Of a stretch of DNA of 64,000 bases, positions 38,833-49,189 are shown one piece after another. Numbering within the stretch: the first letter of the stretch is position 1; every line of letters begins with the position of its first letter. Origin of the DNA: Anaerohalosphaeraceae bacterium (GTDB lineage: Bacteria; Planctomycetota; Phycisphaerae; Sedimentisphaerales; Anaerohalosphaeraceae); assembly GCA_050309605.1 (NCBI GenBank), contig JBNRMN010000033.1, forward strand, positions 224,001 to 288,000. Reading direction: 5' to 3'. The notes beneath the pieces were generated by a model. It had not been told where the DNA came from, ran no database searches, and saw nothing but the letters and a program-made list of their open reading frames with translations. The position numbers were made by a program, and so were the translations under genes.

Positions 38833-41800
38833 ATGCGCACTATGGAGATTATGAGAGGACGCCGCGGCGAGGGTGTCCAGTCCAGTGAGGCGGTCAGGAA
38901 GCAGATACGGGTTTTGGGGATTGATATCGGCTCGGTCAGCAGTGATGTGATTGTGCTGGACGAGCGGGGCCATGTGGTCTTCAAAGACTATCGTCGGACG
39001 CGGGGGCGGCCGGTTGAGACGCTGGCTGAGCAGCTTGAACAGCTGTTTGAGCGGCATTCGTCCTCGCAGTTTGAGCGGATGGCGATTACAGGCTCGTCCG
39101 GCAGGCTGGCCGCTGAGATCATCGGGGCGGCATGTATCAACGAGGTGCGGGCGCAGGCAGTGGGGGTTTCCCATCTCTATCCGGAATTTTCACAGGCCAC
39201 CGTCATTGAAATGGGGGGGCAGGACAGCAAGCTGATCTTTCTTGAAAGCCGCAATGATGTGCTTGAATTGAAGGATTTTGCGCTGAATTCGGTGTGTGCG
39301 GCCGGGACGGGGTCGTTTTTGGACCAGCAGGCCGATCGGCTGGGGGTGTCGATTGAGGATGAGTTTGGTCAGCTTGCGCTGCAAAGTACCGCGCCGCCTC
39401 AGATGGCCGGGCGGTGCTCGGTGTTTGCCAAAAGCGATATGATTCATTTGCAGCAGGTCGCCACGCCGGTGTGCGATATTGTGGCCGGTCTGTGTCTGGC
39501 GCTGGCGCGCAGTTTGAAGAATAATCTGGGCTGCGGCAGGGAGTTTGTCAGGCCGGTGATTTTTACCGGCGGTGTGGCGGCCAATGCGGGGGTCGTGCGA
39601 GCCTTTGAGCAGGTATTGGGGCTGGAGGATGGGGAATTGATTGTCCCGGCGCTGCATTTTTATACCGGCGCGCTGGGTGCGGCGCTGGCGGCTGAGGAAG
39701 GCTCCGGCCGGGCGGTCAAAACAGCGCTGAAAAACCTTCAGGATTCTCTGCAAGCAGGACGGGCGGGACATCAGCGAATCCCGCGTCGGGCGCCGCTGGC
39801 GGCGCCGGTTCTGCCGCCGCCGGAAAGCCGAGTCTATGCCGAACGGCTGGAAACACACCCTGACGGCGAGGCTTATTTGGGGGTGGATGTCGGGTCAATC
39901 AGTACGAATGTGGCGGTGGTGGACAGCGACAAGCGTGTGCTGGCCAAGGAATACTTGATGACGGCCGGGCGGCCGCTGGAGGCAGTGCGGGAAGGGCTGC
40001 GCCGCGTGGGCCGACAGGTGGGCGGCAAGGTGCGGATCGCCGGCGCGGCGACCACCGGTTCGGGGCGTTATCTGACGGGCGACTTTATCGGGGCCGATGT
40101 GGTGATTAACGAGATTACCGCGCAGGCGGCCGGGGCGGTGGCGGTGTGTCCGGAGGTGGATACGATTTTCGAAATCGGCGGGCAGGACAGCAAATACATT
40201 CGGCTGGAAAACGGCGTGGTGGTGGATTTTGAGATGAACCATGCGTGTGCGGCCGGAACGGGATCGTTTCTGGAGGAGCAGGCCCAGCGGCTGGGGATTT
40301 CGATCAAGGATGAATTTGCGGCGCTGGCGGCCCGCAGCCAAACCCCCGTCCGGCTGGGCGAGCGGTGTACGGTGTTTATTGAGTCGGACTTGCTGGGCTA
40401 TCAGCAGCGCGGCGCCAAGACCGAGGATCTGGTGGCCGGTCTGGCCTATTCGATTGTGGCCAATTATCTCAATCGGGTGGTCGGTCGGCGCAAGATCGGG
40501 CACACCATTTGCTTTCAGGGGGGTACGGCGTTTAACAAGGCGGTCTGGGCGGCGTTTGAGACGGTCACGGGCAAGCCGATTCGCGTGCCGGATCATCATG
40601 AGATGACCGGCGCCATCGGCGCGGCGCTGATCGCCGCCGAGCACGTACGCAAGATACGCCGCGGTAACGGCGACCGCTATCAGACGCAGTTTCGCGGGTT
40701 TGAGAATCTTACGCAGGTGCAGTACACCGTTGAGACGTTTACGTGTGAGCACTGTCCCAATGCCTGCGAAATCAAGAAGGTGCAGATCGAAGGTGCCGAG
40801 CCGCTGTATTACGGTTCGCGGTGCGATCGGTATAATGTGCGAAAGGAAAAGGTCGGCGCGGCGGCGGAGGATATTCTGGCCTGGCGGACGAGCAAGCTGT
40901 TTGAACACGCGAATGTGCGCTGGTCAAATACGGGGACATCTGGGCCATCCTCAATTCAGAATTCAAAATTCGAAATTCAAAATTCCAAAACGGTGGCCAT
41001 TCCGCGTGCGTTGATGACGTGGCAGCTTTTGCCGCTGTTTTCGCGTTTTTTCAAGGCGCTGGGTTTTGAGGTCGTCGTTTCGGGCAAAACCACTAAAAAG
41101 ACGATTCGGATGGGGGTTGAGGCGGTGCCGGCCCAGCCGTGTTTTCCGATCAAGGCGGCCTTCGGACATGTGCGCGAGCTGCTGGAGACGCAGCCGGATT
41201 ATCTGTTTATTCCGTTTCTTGCGAGTATGACGCCGGCAGCCGACGAACAGCCGTATCATAAGCTGTGTCCGTATGTGCAGTCGTTCGCGTTTCAGGTGCG
41301 AAGCGCGTTTTCCGGGCGGTTTGGACGGACCCGACTGATCAGCGGGCCGCTGCGTCTGGGCGACGGCGAAAAAGAGATGGTCCAGTCGTTTCGCCGGTTG
41401 GCTGCTGAGCTTGGCGTCGGTGCTCAACAGGCGGACGCGGCACTGAAGGCGGCGCGGTCGGCTCAGGGGGCGTTCGAAAACGACATCCGACAGAAGGGGC
41501 GGCAGATACTGGATTCGCTCGGACCGAACGAGCGGTTGTTTGTGTTGATTTCGCGGCCGTATAACGGGCTGGACGAGGGGATGAATCTGCGGCTGTCGCA
41601 AAAGCTGGAGTCGATGGGGGTGCGCTGGATGCCGATGGAGATGCTGGATACGGCCTCGGCGCCGCTGTCGGACGCGGGGCTGCATCGGTCGGTGTATTGG
41701 AGTTACGGGCAGCGGATTTTGCGGGCGGCCGAGCTGATTCGACGCGATGACCGGTTGTTTGCGATTTACTTGAGTAATTTCAGTTGCGGGCCGGATTCGT

Positions 41801-43233
41801 TTTTGCAGCACTTTTTTACACATACGATGCGTCCCAAGCCGGCGCTGCTGCTTGAGCTGGATGAGCATTCGGCCGATGCGGGACTGGTGACGCGGCTGGA
41901 GGCGTTTTTTGAGAGTCTTAAGCACTATCATTGCGCCGAGCGGCGTGAGCAGGATGCCGAAAGGCCGTCCTGCGGCTCTCTGAGCTGTGCGATGACGCCT
42001 GAACATACGCTGTATATTCCGTATATGGGGGATGTGTCGTATGGGTTTGCGGCCTGTTTCAGGGGCTACGGCCAGTCGGCCCGGGTGATGCCGCCGGCCG
42101 ATGAAGAGACGCTCAATCGCGGGCGGCAATATACAACCGGCAAGGAATGTCTGCCGTGCGCGATTACCATCGGCGAGATGCTTCGGACGACGGATGGCGA
42201 CGGGCCGGGTCATAAATCAGCGTTTTTTATGCCCGGCGGCAGCGGGCCGTGTCGGTTCGGGATGTACAACTGTCTCCAGCGGCTGGTGCTTGGTCAGGTG
42301 GGGCGGTCGGACGCGATGATCCTGTCGCCCAATCAGGATAACAATTTTTACGCCGAGTTTGCGCGGAGCCTGAAGGGGGTTTCATCGACAGTTTTGCTCA
42401 AAGCATTCTGGAAGGCGGTCGTGGGGGTGGATTTGCTCAGCAAGGCCCTGCTGCGGGTTCGGCCTTATGCGAAGGACACTTCGGCGGCGGAATGTTTGTA
42501 TCAGGAGCTGTTAAAGGGGTGGTGTCAGCGGATCGAGACCGGCTCGTCGCTTGCTGATCTGACGGCCTTCATGGAGCTGGCCGCCGACCGACTGGCGGCT
42601 GTGCCGTCAAATCGGTCGCAGTACAAGCCGCGCATCGGGGTCGTGGGCGAGATTTATGTTCGGCTGCATCCGTTTGCCAATAATGATTTGATTCGGCGGC
42701 TTGAAGCGCTGGGATCGGCGTGCGAATTGGCAAGTTTCTCTGAGTGGGTCTATTATGTGAACGCTACGAACATAATGAACGCGCGTCGGCAGGGCCGGTG
42801 GTCTATTGCGGTCGGGACGTGGGTGCAGAACGTTGTGCAGCGTCACATCGAAAAGCGGCTGGCGCGGCCGTTGGAACGGCGGTTCGGTCCGCTGGCTGAG
42901 GGGCCGATTTCGCATCTGCTTGAGTTGGCTCGACCGTATCTGGATCCGGCGTTTGAAGGCGAGGCGGTGCTCAGCGTCGGCAAGATGGTCGAACTGTATC
43001 AGCACGGTTTCGGCGGAGTGGTCAATGTGATGCCGTTTTCGTGTATGCCCTCGACGGTGGTCAGTACGCAGACGCCGCGGCTCAGCGCTGAATGTGACGG
43101 GATGCCGATTTTGAATCTGAGTTTTGACGGACAGGACGACGCTGCGATGACGACCCGACTGGAGGCGTTTGTCGAGCAGGTCCGCCAGCGAAGCCCGGGC
43201 GCTGCGCGTCTGAAGGTTGAAGTCGGAAAATAG
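38833..43233 (+). CDS. CoA-substrate-specific enzyme activase (two BadF/BcrA ATPase domains plus DUF2229-type regions)
   Basis: Two copies of GxDxGS...GGQDSK...CAAGTGSFL; later CFPIK, CGPDSF, LELDEH, GPCRFG, PFSCMP. Start uncertain. Confidence 0.9.
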   Translation: MRTMEIMRGRRGEGVQSSEAVRKQIRVLGIDIGSVSSDVIVLDERGHVVFKDYRRTRGRPVETLAEQLEQLFERHSSSQFERMAITGSSGRLAAEIIGAACINEVRAQAVGVSHLYPEFSQATVIEMGGQDSKLIFLESRNDVLELKDFALNSVCAAGTGSFLDQQADRLGVSIEDEFGQLALQSTAPPQMAGRCSVFAKSDMIHLQQVATPVCDIVAGLCLALARSLKNNLGCGREFVRPVIFTGGVAANAGVVRAFEQVLGLEDGELIVPALHFYTGALGAALAAEEGSGRAVKTALKNLQDSLQAGRAGHQRIPRRAPLAAPVLPPPESRVYAERLETHPDGEAYLGVDVGSISTNVAVVDSDKRVLAKEYLMTAGRPLEAVREGLRRVGRQVGGKVRIAGAATTGSGRYLTGDFIGADVVINEITAQAAGAVAVCPEVDTIFEIGGQDSKYIRLENGVVVDFEMNHACAAGTGSFLEEQAQRLGISIKDEFAALAARSQTPVRLGERCTVFIESDLLGYQQRGAKTEDLVAGLAYSIVANYLNRVVGRRKIGHTICFQGGTAFNKAVWAAFETVTGKPIRVPDHHEMTGAIGAALIAAEHVRKIRRGNGDRYQTQFRGFENLTQVQYTVETFTCEHCPNACEIKKVQIEGAEPLYYGSRCDRYNVRKEKVGAAAEDILAWRTSKLFEHANVRWSNTGTSGPSSIQNSKFEIQNSKTVAIPRALMTWQLLPLFSRFFKALGFEVVVSGKTTKKTIRMGVEAVPAQPCFPIKAAFGHVRELLETQPDYLFIPFLASMTPAADEQPYHKLCPYVQSFAFQVRSAFSGRFGRTRLISGPLRLGDGEKEMVQSFRRLAAELGVGAQQADAALKAARSAQGAFENDIRQKGRQILDSLGPNERLFVLISRPYNGLDEGMNLRLSQKLESMGVRWMPMEMLDTASAPLSDAGLHRSVYWSYGQRILRAAELIRRDDRLFAIYLSNFSCGPDSFLQHFFTHTMRPKPALLLELDEHSADAGLVTRLEAFFESLKHYHCAERREQDAERPSCGSLSCAMTPEHTLYIPYMGDVSYGFAACFRGYGQSARVMPPADEETLNRGRQYTTGKECLPCAITIGEMLRTTDGDGPGHKSAFFMPGGSGPCRFGMYNCLQRLVLGQVGRSDAMILSPNQDNNFYAEFARSLKGVSSTVLLKAFWKAVVGVDLLSKALLRVRPYAKDTSAAECLYQELLKGWCQRIETGSSLADLTAFMELAADRLAAVPSNRSQYKPRIGVVGEIYVRLHPFANNDLIRRLEALGSACELASFSEWVYYVNATNIMNARRQGRWSIAVGTWVQNVVQRHIEKRLARPLERRFGPLAEGPISHLLELARPYLDPAFEGEAVLSVGKMVELYQHGFGGVVNVMPFSCMPSTVVSTQTPRLSAECDGMPILNLSFDGQDDAAMTTRLEAFVEQVRQRSPGAARLKVEVGK
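40953..40987 (+). repeat. Heptamer tandem repeat AATTC(A/G/C)(A/G) x5 inside the activase CDS
   Basis: aattcag aattcaa aattcga aattcaa aattcca, translated as IQNSKFEIQNS. Confidence 0.85.
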
Positions 43234-43619
43234 ATTTTGCATTGATTGACCAATAAATGCCAGGTCGGTGTGCATTTTATGTGCGCCGGCCTGTTTTTGT
43301 TAATTGGCTCAAATTTTTTGTAAGTCCTTTTATTAAAGATACATATCTGTATTCTTTCGAAATGGCACGGCATTTGTTGTTTACTTTATCGAGTAAGCGA
43401 TGACGTGTGTAAGTGATAACCAAACAGAAAGGATACGGCGATGTTGGCGGGCATACTGATGATCGCGGGATTGACGGCGGGACTGGGTGTAATTGAGCTG
43501 CTGCGGGGTCACCTGTAATCGTGTTCGGGGATGAGCCGATGGATTTGTCCTGTTGTGTATATGAGGCATTTATGATACAAAGAGTGCAAAACGCATCATT
43601 GATACGGGAACGCAGGTCT

Positions 43620-44558
43620 ATGGCGAAACCACTGGATATCGAACCGATTGACCGTGTCCATAGCGAACACTATCCGGCGGCGGTGCAGGCGTATTTTGCT
43701 CATTATGGACTGGAGTTGAACGGTTCGGCTTGCGAGCATCTGTTCGGGTCCTTTGCGTCGGGAGATTTTACGCTGGTCGGGCATCTGTATCGACCGGCGG
43801 TGTATCGGGCAACGGTGGTCTTGCTGCACGGGTATCTGAATCACAGCGGGCAGTTCAAAAATCTGATCGGTCATCTGCTCAGGCACGAAATGGCCGTGGG
43901 TGTGTTTGATCTGCCCGGACACGGGCACAGCAGCGGCCAGCGGGCGGCGATTGATTCGTTTGATCAGTATGCCCGGGCGACGACGGATTTTATGGCGGTG
44001 GTGCGCAGACGGCTTGCCGGGCCGTATCACACGGTGGGGTTCAGCCTGGGCGGGGCGATTGCGATGGACCTGCTGCGGGCCGGTTCGTCGCCGTTTGACA
44101 AGACCGTGCTGGCGGCACCGCTGGTGCACTGGACGCAATACGAGCAATCCAAAAAAACCTACACAATCTATAGCACCTTTACCGACCAGATCAAGCGGTT
44201 TCATCAACGCAACACCTCCGACCGCCAATACCTGGTGTTTAACCGCAGGCAGGATTATCTGCATTGCAGTTCGATTTCACTGAAATGGGTCAAGGCGTTG
44301 TTCGACTGGAACGAGCGGATCGCGGCGATGGGGTCGTGCGAGACGCCGCTGCGGGTGATTCAGGGCGACAAAGACCGGACGGTGGACTGGCGGTACAATT
44401 TGAATCTGATTCGCGACAAATTCCCCCATGGGCACATCGACCTCATCGCCGGCGCGCGTCACGAGCTGTTTAACGAAGCCGATCCATTCCGCGCCGCCGC
44501 GTTGAACCATACAGTGGATTATTTAACGACTTCTATCCAACATTCGATGGAGGATTGA
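43620..44558 (+). CDS. Alpha/beta hydrolase, lysophospholipase/monoacylglycerol lipase-like
   Basis: LLHG, DLPGHGHS, GFSLG nucleophile, QGDKD, ARHELFNE. Start uncertain. Confidence 0.88.
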   Translation: MAKPLDIEPIDRVHSEHYPAAVQAYFAHYGLELNGSACEHLFGSFASGDFTLVGHLYRPAVYRATVVLLHGYLNHSGQFKNLIGHLLRHEMAVGVFDLPGHGHSSGQRAAIDSFDQYARATTDFMAVVRRRLAGPYHTVGFSLGGAIAMDLLRAGSSPFDKTVLAAPLVHWTQYEQSKKTYTIYSTFTDQIKRFHQRNTSDRQYLVFNRRQDYLHCSSISLKWVKALFDWNERIAAMGSCETPLRVIQGDKDRTVDWRYNLNLIRDKFPHGHIDLIAGARHELFNEADPFRAAALNHTVDYLTTSIQHSMED

Positions 44559-45664
44559 TAATGACGATTCGACATTCAGCAAAAGGCTCCTGGGGGGTTC
44601 GGTTTTTTATTGGACTGCTGGGGGTTATCCTTGGGGTGCTGTTGTTTTGGCTGCTCAGTTTTATCGAGAACGACATCGGGCGCATCAAGCAGCCGGATCG
44701 GTTTCAAGTCCGCCGGCAGTATGTCAGCGAGACGCTGGACGATGAATTGGCGGTGCTGAAAAAGCAGATCGATACGCTCAATCGCCGCATTCAGACGCTG
44801 ACCGAACAGCAGCGGCTGCTCAGCGGCAGCACGAGCAGTCTTCAGAACACGATTTCACAGCTCTTGTCAATTCAAAAAGAAAGCCTGGCTCGAAATGTGG
44901 AGTTTTCCGAGAAGAGCAAGCAGACCCTGCAGGATAGTCAGGCCGCGTTTTTGGACAATCAGGAAAAATTCCAGCAGCTCAATCGTGAGATTTCGGATTT
45001 AACAAGCGAGCTGCGCGGCAAGGAAGACGCGAGGGATTCGATTGCTGAACAGATTCGTCTGGCCGAGTCTGCCGCCAACGAAGCATTTCAAACACTGTAT
45101 CGGCGATACCAGTTTCGGGTTGCGGCACTGAAGCTGGCGTTTTTGGTGCCGGTCTTTCTGGCGGCGTCTTTTCTGTTTCTCAAGTATCGCAGCGGTCCGT
45201 ATTGGGCGCTGGTATGGGCGGCGATGCTGGCGTCGTTTATCAAGCTGGCGCTGGTGGCGCATCGGTATTTTCCCAGCGAGTACTTTAAGTACATTGCGCT
45301 GCTGGCGGTAATCGCTATCGTATTGCGGTTTCTGGTGGTTTTGGTTCGAATGATCATCGCTCCGAAGCCCGCCCTGCTGATTCGGCAGTATCAACAGCAT
45401 TACGACAAGTGTTTGTGTCCGGTGTGCAGCAAGCCGATCCGCAGCGGGCCGCTGCGTTTTATCGGCGCGCTGGGTAAACGAACGCCGCTGTTAAGCGGGC
45501 AAGCCGATCCAGCGCTGTCGCAACAGCCGTATAGCTGTCCGTCATGCGGGACGCGGCTTTATGAGAAATGCCAAGAGTGCGGCCGGATACGTCATTCGCT
45601 GCTGCCGTACTGTGAACACTGCGGCGATAATAAAAACCCTGAGACGATACATTCAAACGAGTAG
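44555..45664 (+). CDS. Membrane protein with coiled coil and C-terminal multi-CxxC zinc ribbon
   Basis: TM segment, long heptad region, three TMs, then CPVC, CPSC, CQEC, CEHC. Confidence 0.8.
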   Translation: MIMTIRHSAKGSWGVRFFIGLLGVILGVLLFWLLSFIENDIGRIKQPDRFQVRRQYVSETLDDELAVLKKQIDTLNRRIQTLTEQQRLLSGSTSSLQNTISQLLSIQKESLARNVEFSEKSKQTLQDSQAAFLDNQEKFQQLNREISDLTSELRGKEDARDSIAEQIRLAESAANEAFQTLYRRYQFRVAALKLAFLVPVFLAASFLFLKYRSGPYWALVWAAMLASFIKLALVAHRYFPSEYFKYIALLAVIAIVLRFLVVLVRMIIAPKPALLIRQYQQHYDKCLCPVCSKPIRSGPLRFIGALGKRTPLLSGQADPALSQQPYSCPSCGTRLYEKCQECGRIRHSLLPYCEHCGDNKNPETIHSNE

Positions 45665-45669
45665 GTGTT

Positions 45670-48600
45670 ATGAGATTGAATCCTCGAACCAGTTCATCGT
45701 TTCGCTGGCACAACGCGACCCAGTTTTTGGGGGCGCTGAATGACAATATGTTTCGCTGGCTGACGGTATTTTTTCTGATCGGTCTGCTGGGCGAGAACCA
45801 GGCGTCAAAAATCACTTCGTGGACGGGGTTTGTGTTTGTGCTGCCGTTTTTGCTGTTTACCGCGCCGGCCGGTGTGCTGGCGGACCGGTTCAGCAAACGT
45901 GATATTATTGTTCTGGCCAAGCTGGCCGAGCTGGCGGTGATGCTGCTGGCGCTGGCGGCGTTCTATTTCAACAGCATTGCCGGGGTCTATGCGGTGCTGT
46001 TTTTGATGTGTACGCAAAGTGCGTTTTTCGGGCCGTGCAAGTACGGGATTATTCCCGAACTGGTGGCTTCGGACAAGGTCTCGCGTGCGAACAGTTTTCT
46101 AGAAGGACTGACGTATCTGTCGATTGTGGTTGGTACGGCGGTTACGCCGTGGCTGGTGGAACGGGTGCGTCCGGCGTTTGTGTTGGCGGGGCTGGTCTGT
46201 GTCGCGGCGGCCGTTGCGGGGGTGGCATCGAGTCTGAAGATCGGACGGACGCCGCCTCGCGAAACCGGCGAGCGGATGTCGCTGTTTTTTGTCAGGGATA
46301 TTTGGCATGCGCTGCGGCAGGTCCGGCAGGACCGCTATTTGATTTTGGCGATTCTGGCGGCGGCCTATTTCCTGCTGGTGGGCGGGTTTGCCCAGATGAG
46401 CCTGATTCCCTACGGGATCCAGACGCTGGGCCTGACCGATACGCAAAGCGGGTATCTGTTCTTTATCGCGGCGGTGGGTATCGGCGTCGGGTCGTATCTG
46501 GCCGGTCGAATTTCCGGGCGGTCGGTTGAGGTCGGCATTATTCCCGTCGGGGCGCTGGGGATGGCGCTTATGTCCATCGGGCTGGGTCTGGCTCGGTTTG
46601 TGCTGTCCGCGACGCCGGGATGGGGGCTGATTCCGATTGTGGTGATGGTGGCGGTATTCGGGATTAGCTGCGGGCTGTTCATTGTGCCGGTCAATGCGTT
46701 TATTCAGCTTCGCTGTCCGGACGCCGTGCGCGGTCGGGTGATTGCGGCTTCGAAGCTGATCGGCTGGGTCGGTGTGTTGGCGGCCTCCGGCGTGGTGATG
46801 CTGTTTTGCGGCGTGCTGGGCGTCTCGGCGGCGACGATGTTTGTGGTGATGGGGTTGGTGACGCTGGCGATGGCGGTGTACGCGATGCTGCGTCTGCCGG
46901 ATTTTTTGATGCGGGCACTGCTGGTGATTTTGGCGCGGGTGCTGTACCGCATCCGGATGGTTGGTGTGGAGCATGTGCCGACTCAAGGCGGGGCGCTGAT
47001 AGTATCCAATCATGTCTCATGGGTCGATCCGTTTGTGCTGCTGGCCACGCAGCAGCGGCGGATTCGATTCCTGATCGACCGCACATTGTACCATCAACTG
47101 TGGTGGGCCAAGTGGCTGTTTCGACTGGGGCAGTTGATTCCGGTCAGTGCGAAGGATTCGCCCAAGAAGATTGTCGCCTCGCTGCGCGATGCCCGGCAGG
47201 CGCTGGATGAGGGGTATTTGGTGTGCATTTTTGCAGAGGGGGCGGTTACGCGCAATGGGATGATGGCGCGTTTTCGGGCCGGATTTGAGAAGGTCGCCCG
47301 CGGGACGGGCCATCCGATAATACCGGCGTATCTGGGCGGTCTGTGGGGCAGTGTGCTCAGTTATTACAGCGGCCGTCTGTTGGGGCGGTGTCCCTGGCCG
47401 CCGCGGCGAAAGGTGGGGGTGTATTTCGGCAAACCAATGGATTCGAACGCCTCGTCGGTCGCGATCCGTCGGGCGATTGAGGAACTCTCGGCGGCGTATT
47501 ATACGGACATCAGGCCCGCCCATGAAACGCTGGGGCAGATGTTTGTGCGGTCGGCGCGGCGGCACTGGCTGCGGCCGTTCGCCTCGGATACGACGGGCAA
47601 GCGGGTTTCGTTCGGCAAGGCGCTGATCGGGACGACGGCGCTGGCCGACAAGCTCGAACCGATGACACAAGGGCAGGATCGTATTGGGATATTCCTGCCG
47701 CCGACGGTCGGCGGGGCGCTGGCCAACACCGCTGCGGTGCTGCTGAACAAGACGGCGGTGAATCTGTCGTATGCCGTCTCGGCCGAGGATCGGCGGTATA
47801 TGATCGAAGCGGCGGAATTGAAGACCGTGCTGAGCAGTCGGGCGTTTCTGGAGAAGCTGCAAATGACGCCCGATGCGCTGCCGGAGGCGGTGTTTTTGGA
47901 AGATATTATGCCGACGATCAGCGGGGCCGACAAACGGCGCGCCTTGATCAAGGCGCTGTTCTGTCCGGCACGGCAACTGGCGCGGGCGCAGCGGGCGTGC
48001 AGTGATGAGACGGCGGTGATTTTGTTTTCGTCGGGCAGTTCGGGACGGCCCAAAGGCGTCGAATTGACGCATTCCAACATGCTGTCCAATCTGGAGATGG
48101 TGCTGACGGGCTTTCGGGTGTATCGCAGCGACAAGCTGTGTGCCGTGCTGCCGCTGTTTCATTCATTCGGGCTGACCTGTACGGTCTGGCTGCCGATTTA
48201 TGTGGGGGTGCCGGTCAGCTATGTGCCCAATCCGCTAGACGGCAAGCTGGTCGGCCAAGCGGTGCGCAATGAACGCTGCACGCTGCTGTTTGCCACACCG
48301 ACGTTTTTGCTGAATTATCTGCGGCGCTGCGAGAAGGACGACTTTGCGACGCTGCGGTATGTGGTGGCCGGGGCGGAAAAACTGAAGGTCGCACTGATTG
48401 ACGCTTTTGAGCAGAAATTTGGTCTTCGCCCGTGCGAGGGATACGGCGCGACGGAATTGTCGCCGCTGGTGGCACTGAACGTGCCGGATGTGCAGCTCGG
48501 CGGGGTATATCAGATCGGTACCAAAGAAGGCACGGTCGGCCACGGGATTCCGGGCCTGGCACTGCGGGTGGCGGATCCGGAAACGGGCGAGCTGCTGGAT

Positions 48601-49089
48601 TACAATGAGCCGGGCGTGCTGTGGGTCAAGGGGCCGAATGTGATGAAAGGCTACCTGAACCAGCCTGACAAGACCGCTCAGGTGCTGCGTGTCGGGTGGT
48701 ACAATACGGGCGATATTGTCACGGTCGATGAAGACGGCTTTATTGCGATTCGCGACCGGCTGAGTCGCTTCAGCAAGATCGGCGGCGAGATGGTGCCGCA
48801 TATGACGATTGAAGAGGTGGCCCTGCAGGGACTGGGCACGCATGAACCGGTTGTGGCGGTGACCAGTGTGCCCGATGAGAAAAAAGGGGAACAGCTTGTG
48901 CTGCTGTATGAAGCCGACAAAGCGGATGCGGATATGCTGTACGCGGCGCTGGCCGAGAGCAGTCTGCCCAAACTGTACATTCCCAAACGTGAAAACATCA
49001 TCGCCGTTGAGAGTATTCCGCATCTGGGTTCGGGCAAACTGGATATGATGCGGCTGCGGCAAATGGCAATAGAACGATTGGGTGAATAG
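45670..49089 (+). CDS. aas: MFS - acyltransferase - acyl-ACP synthetase fusion (LplT/Aas type)
   Basis: FLGALNDN MFS start; NHVSWVD and FAEG of PlsC; FSSGSSGRPKG, EGYGATE, WYNTGD, RFSKIGGEMV. Confidence 0.9.
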   Translation: MRLNPRTSSSFRWHNATQFLGALNDNMFRWLTVFFLIGLLGENQASKITSWTGFVFVLPFLLFTAPAGVLADRFSKRDIIVLAKLAELAVMLLALAAFYFNSIAGVYAVLFLMCTQSAFFGPCKYGIIPELVASDKVSRANSFLEGLTYLSIVVGTAVTPWLVERVRPAFVLAGLVCVAAAVAGVASSLKIGRTPPRETGERMSLFFVRDIWHALRQVRQDRYLILAILAAAYFLLVGGFAQMSLIPYGIQTLGLTDTQSGYLFFIAAVGIGVGSYLAGRISGRSVEVGIIPVGALGMALMSIGLGLARFVLSATPGWGLIPIVVMVAVFGISCGLFIVPVNAFIQLRCPDAVRGRVIAASKLIGWVGVLAASGVVMLFCGVLGVSAATMFVVMGLVTLAMAVYAMLRLPDFLMRALLVILARVLYRIRMVGVEHVPTQGGALIVSNHVSWVDPFVLLATQQRRIRFLIDRTLYHQLWWAKWLFRLGQLIPVSAKDSPKKIVASLRDARQALDEGYLVCIFAEGAVTRNGMMARFRAGFEKVARGTGHPIIPAYLGGLWGSVLSYYSGRLLGRCPWPPRRKVGVYFGKPMDSNASSVAIRRAIEELSAAYYTDIRPAHETLGQMFVRSARRHWLRPFASDTTGKRVSFGKALIGTTALADKLEPMTQGQDRIGIFLPPTVGGALANTAAVLLNKTAVNLSYAVSAEDRRYMIEAAELKTVLSSRAFLEKLQMTPDALPEAVFLEDIMPTISGADKRRALIKALFCPARQLARAQRACSDETAVILFSSGSSGRPKGVELTHSNMLSNLEMVLTGFRVYRSDKLCAVLPLFHSFGLTCTVWLPIYVGVPVSYVPNPLDGKLVGQAVRNERCTLLFATPTFLLNYLRRCEKDDFATLRYVVAGAEKLKVALIDAFEQKFGLRPCEGYGATELSPLVALNVPDVQLGGVYQIGTKEGTVGHGIPGLALRVADPETGELLDYNEPGVLWVKGPNVMKGYLNQPDKTAQVLRVGWYNTGDIVTVDEDGFIAIRDRLSRFSKIGGEMVPHMTIEEVALQGLGTHEPVVAVTSVPDEKKGEQLVLLYEADKADADMLYAALAESSLPKLYIPKRENIIAVESIPHLGSGKLDMMRLRQMAIERLGE

Positions 49090-49121
49090 TTTTTAGTTCG
49101 TAGTTCTTAGTTTTTGGTTTC
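49087..49121 (+). repeat. Heptamer tandem repeat T(A/G)GTTnn x5
   Basis: tagtttt tagttcg tagttct tagtttt tggtttc, starting at the aas stop codon. Confidence 0.7.
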
Positions 49122-49189
49122 GTGTTTTGATTTTTTGTTGAAATTGTGTTTGGTTTTTTCAACGTCGATCATATGGGAGGATAAAGACA

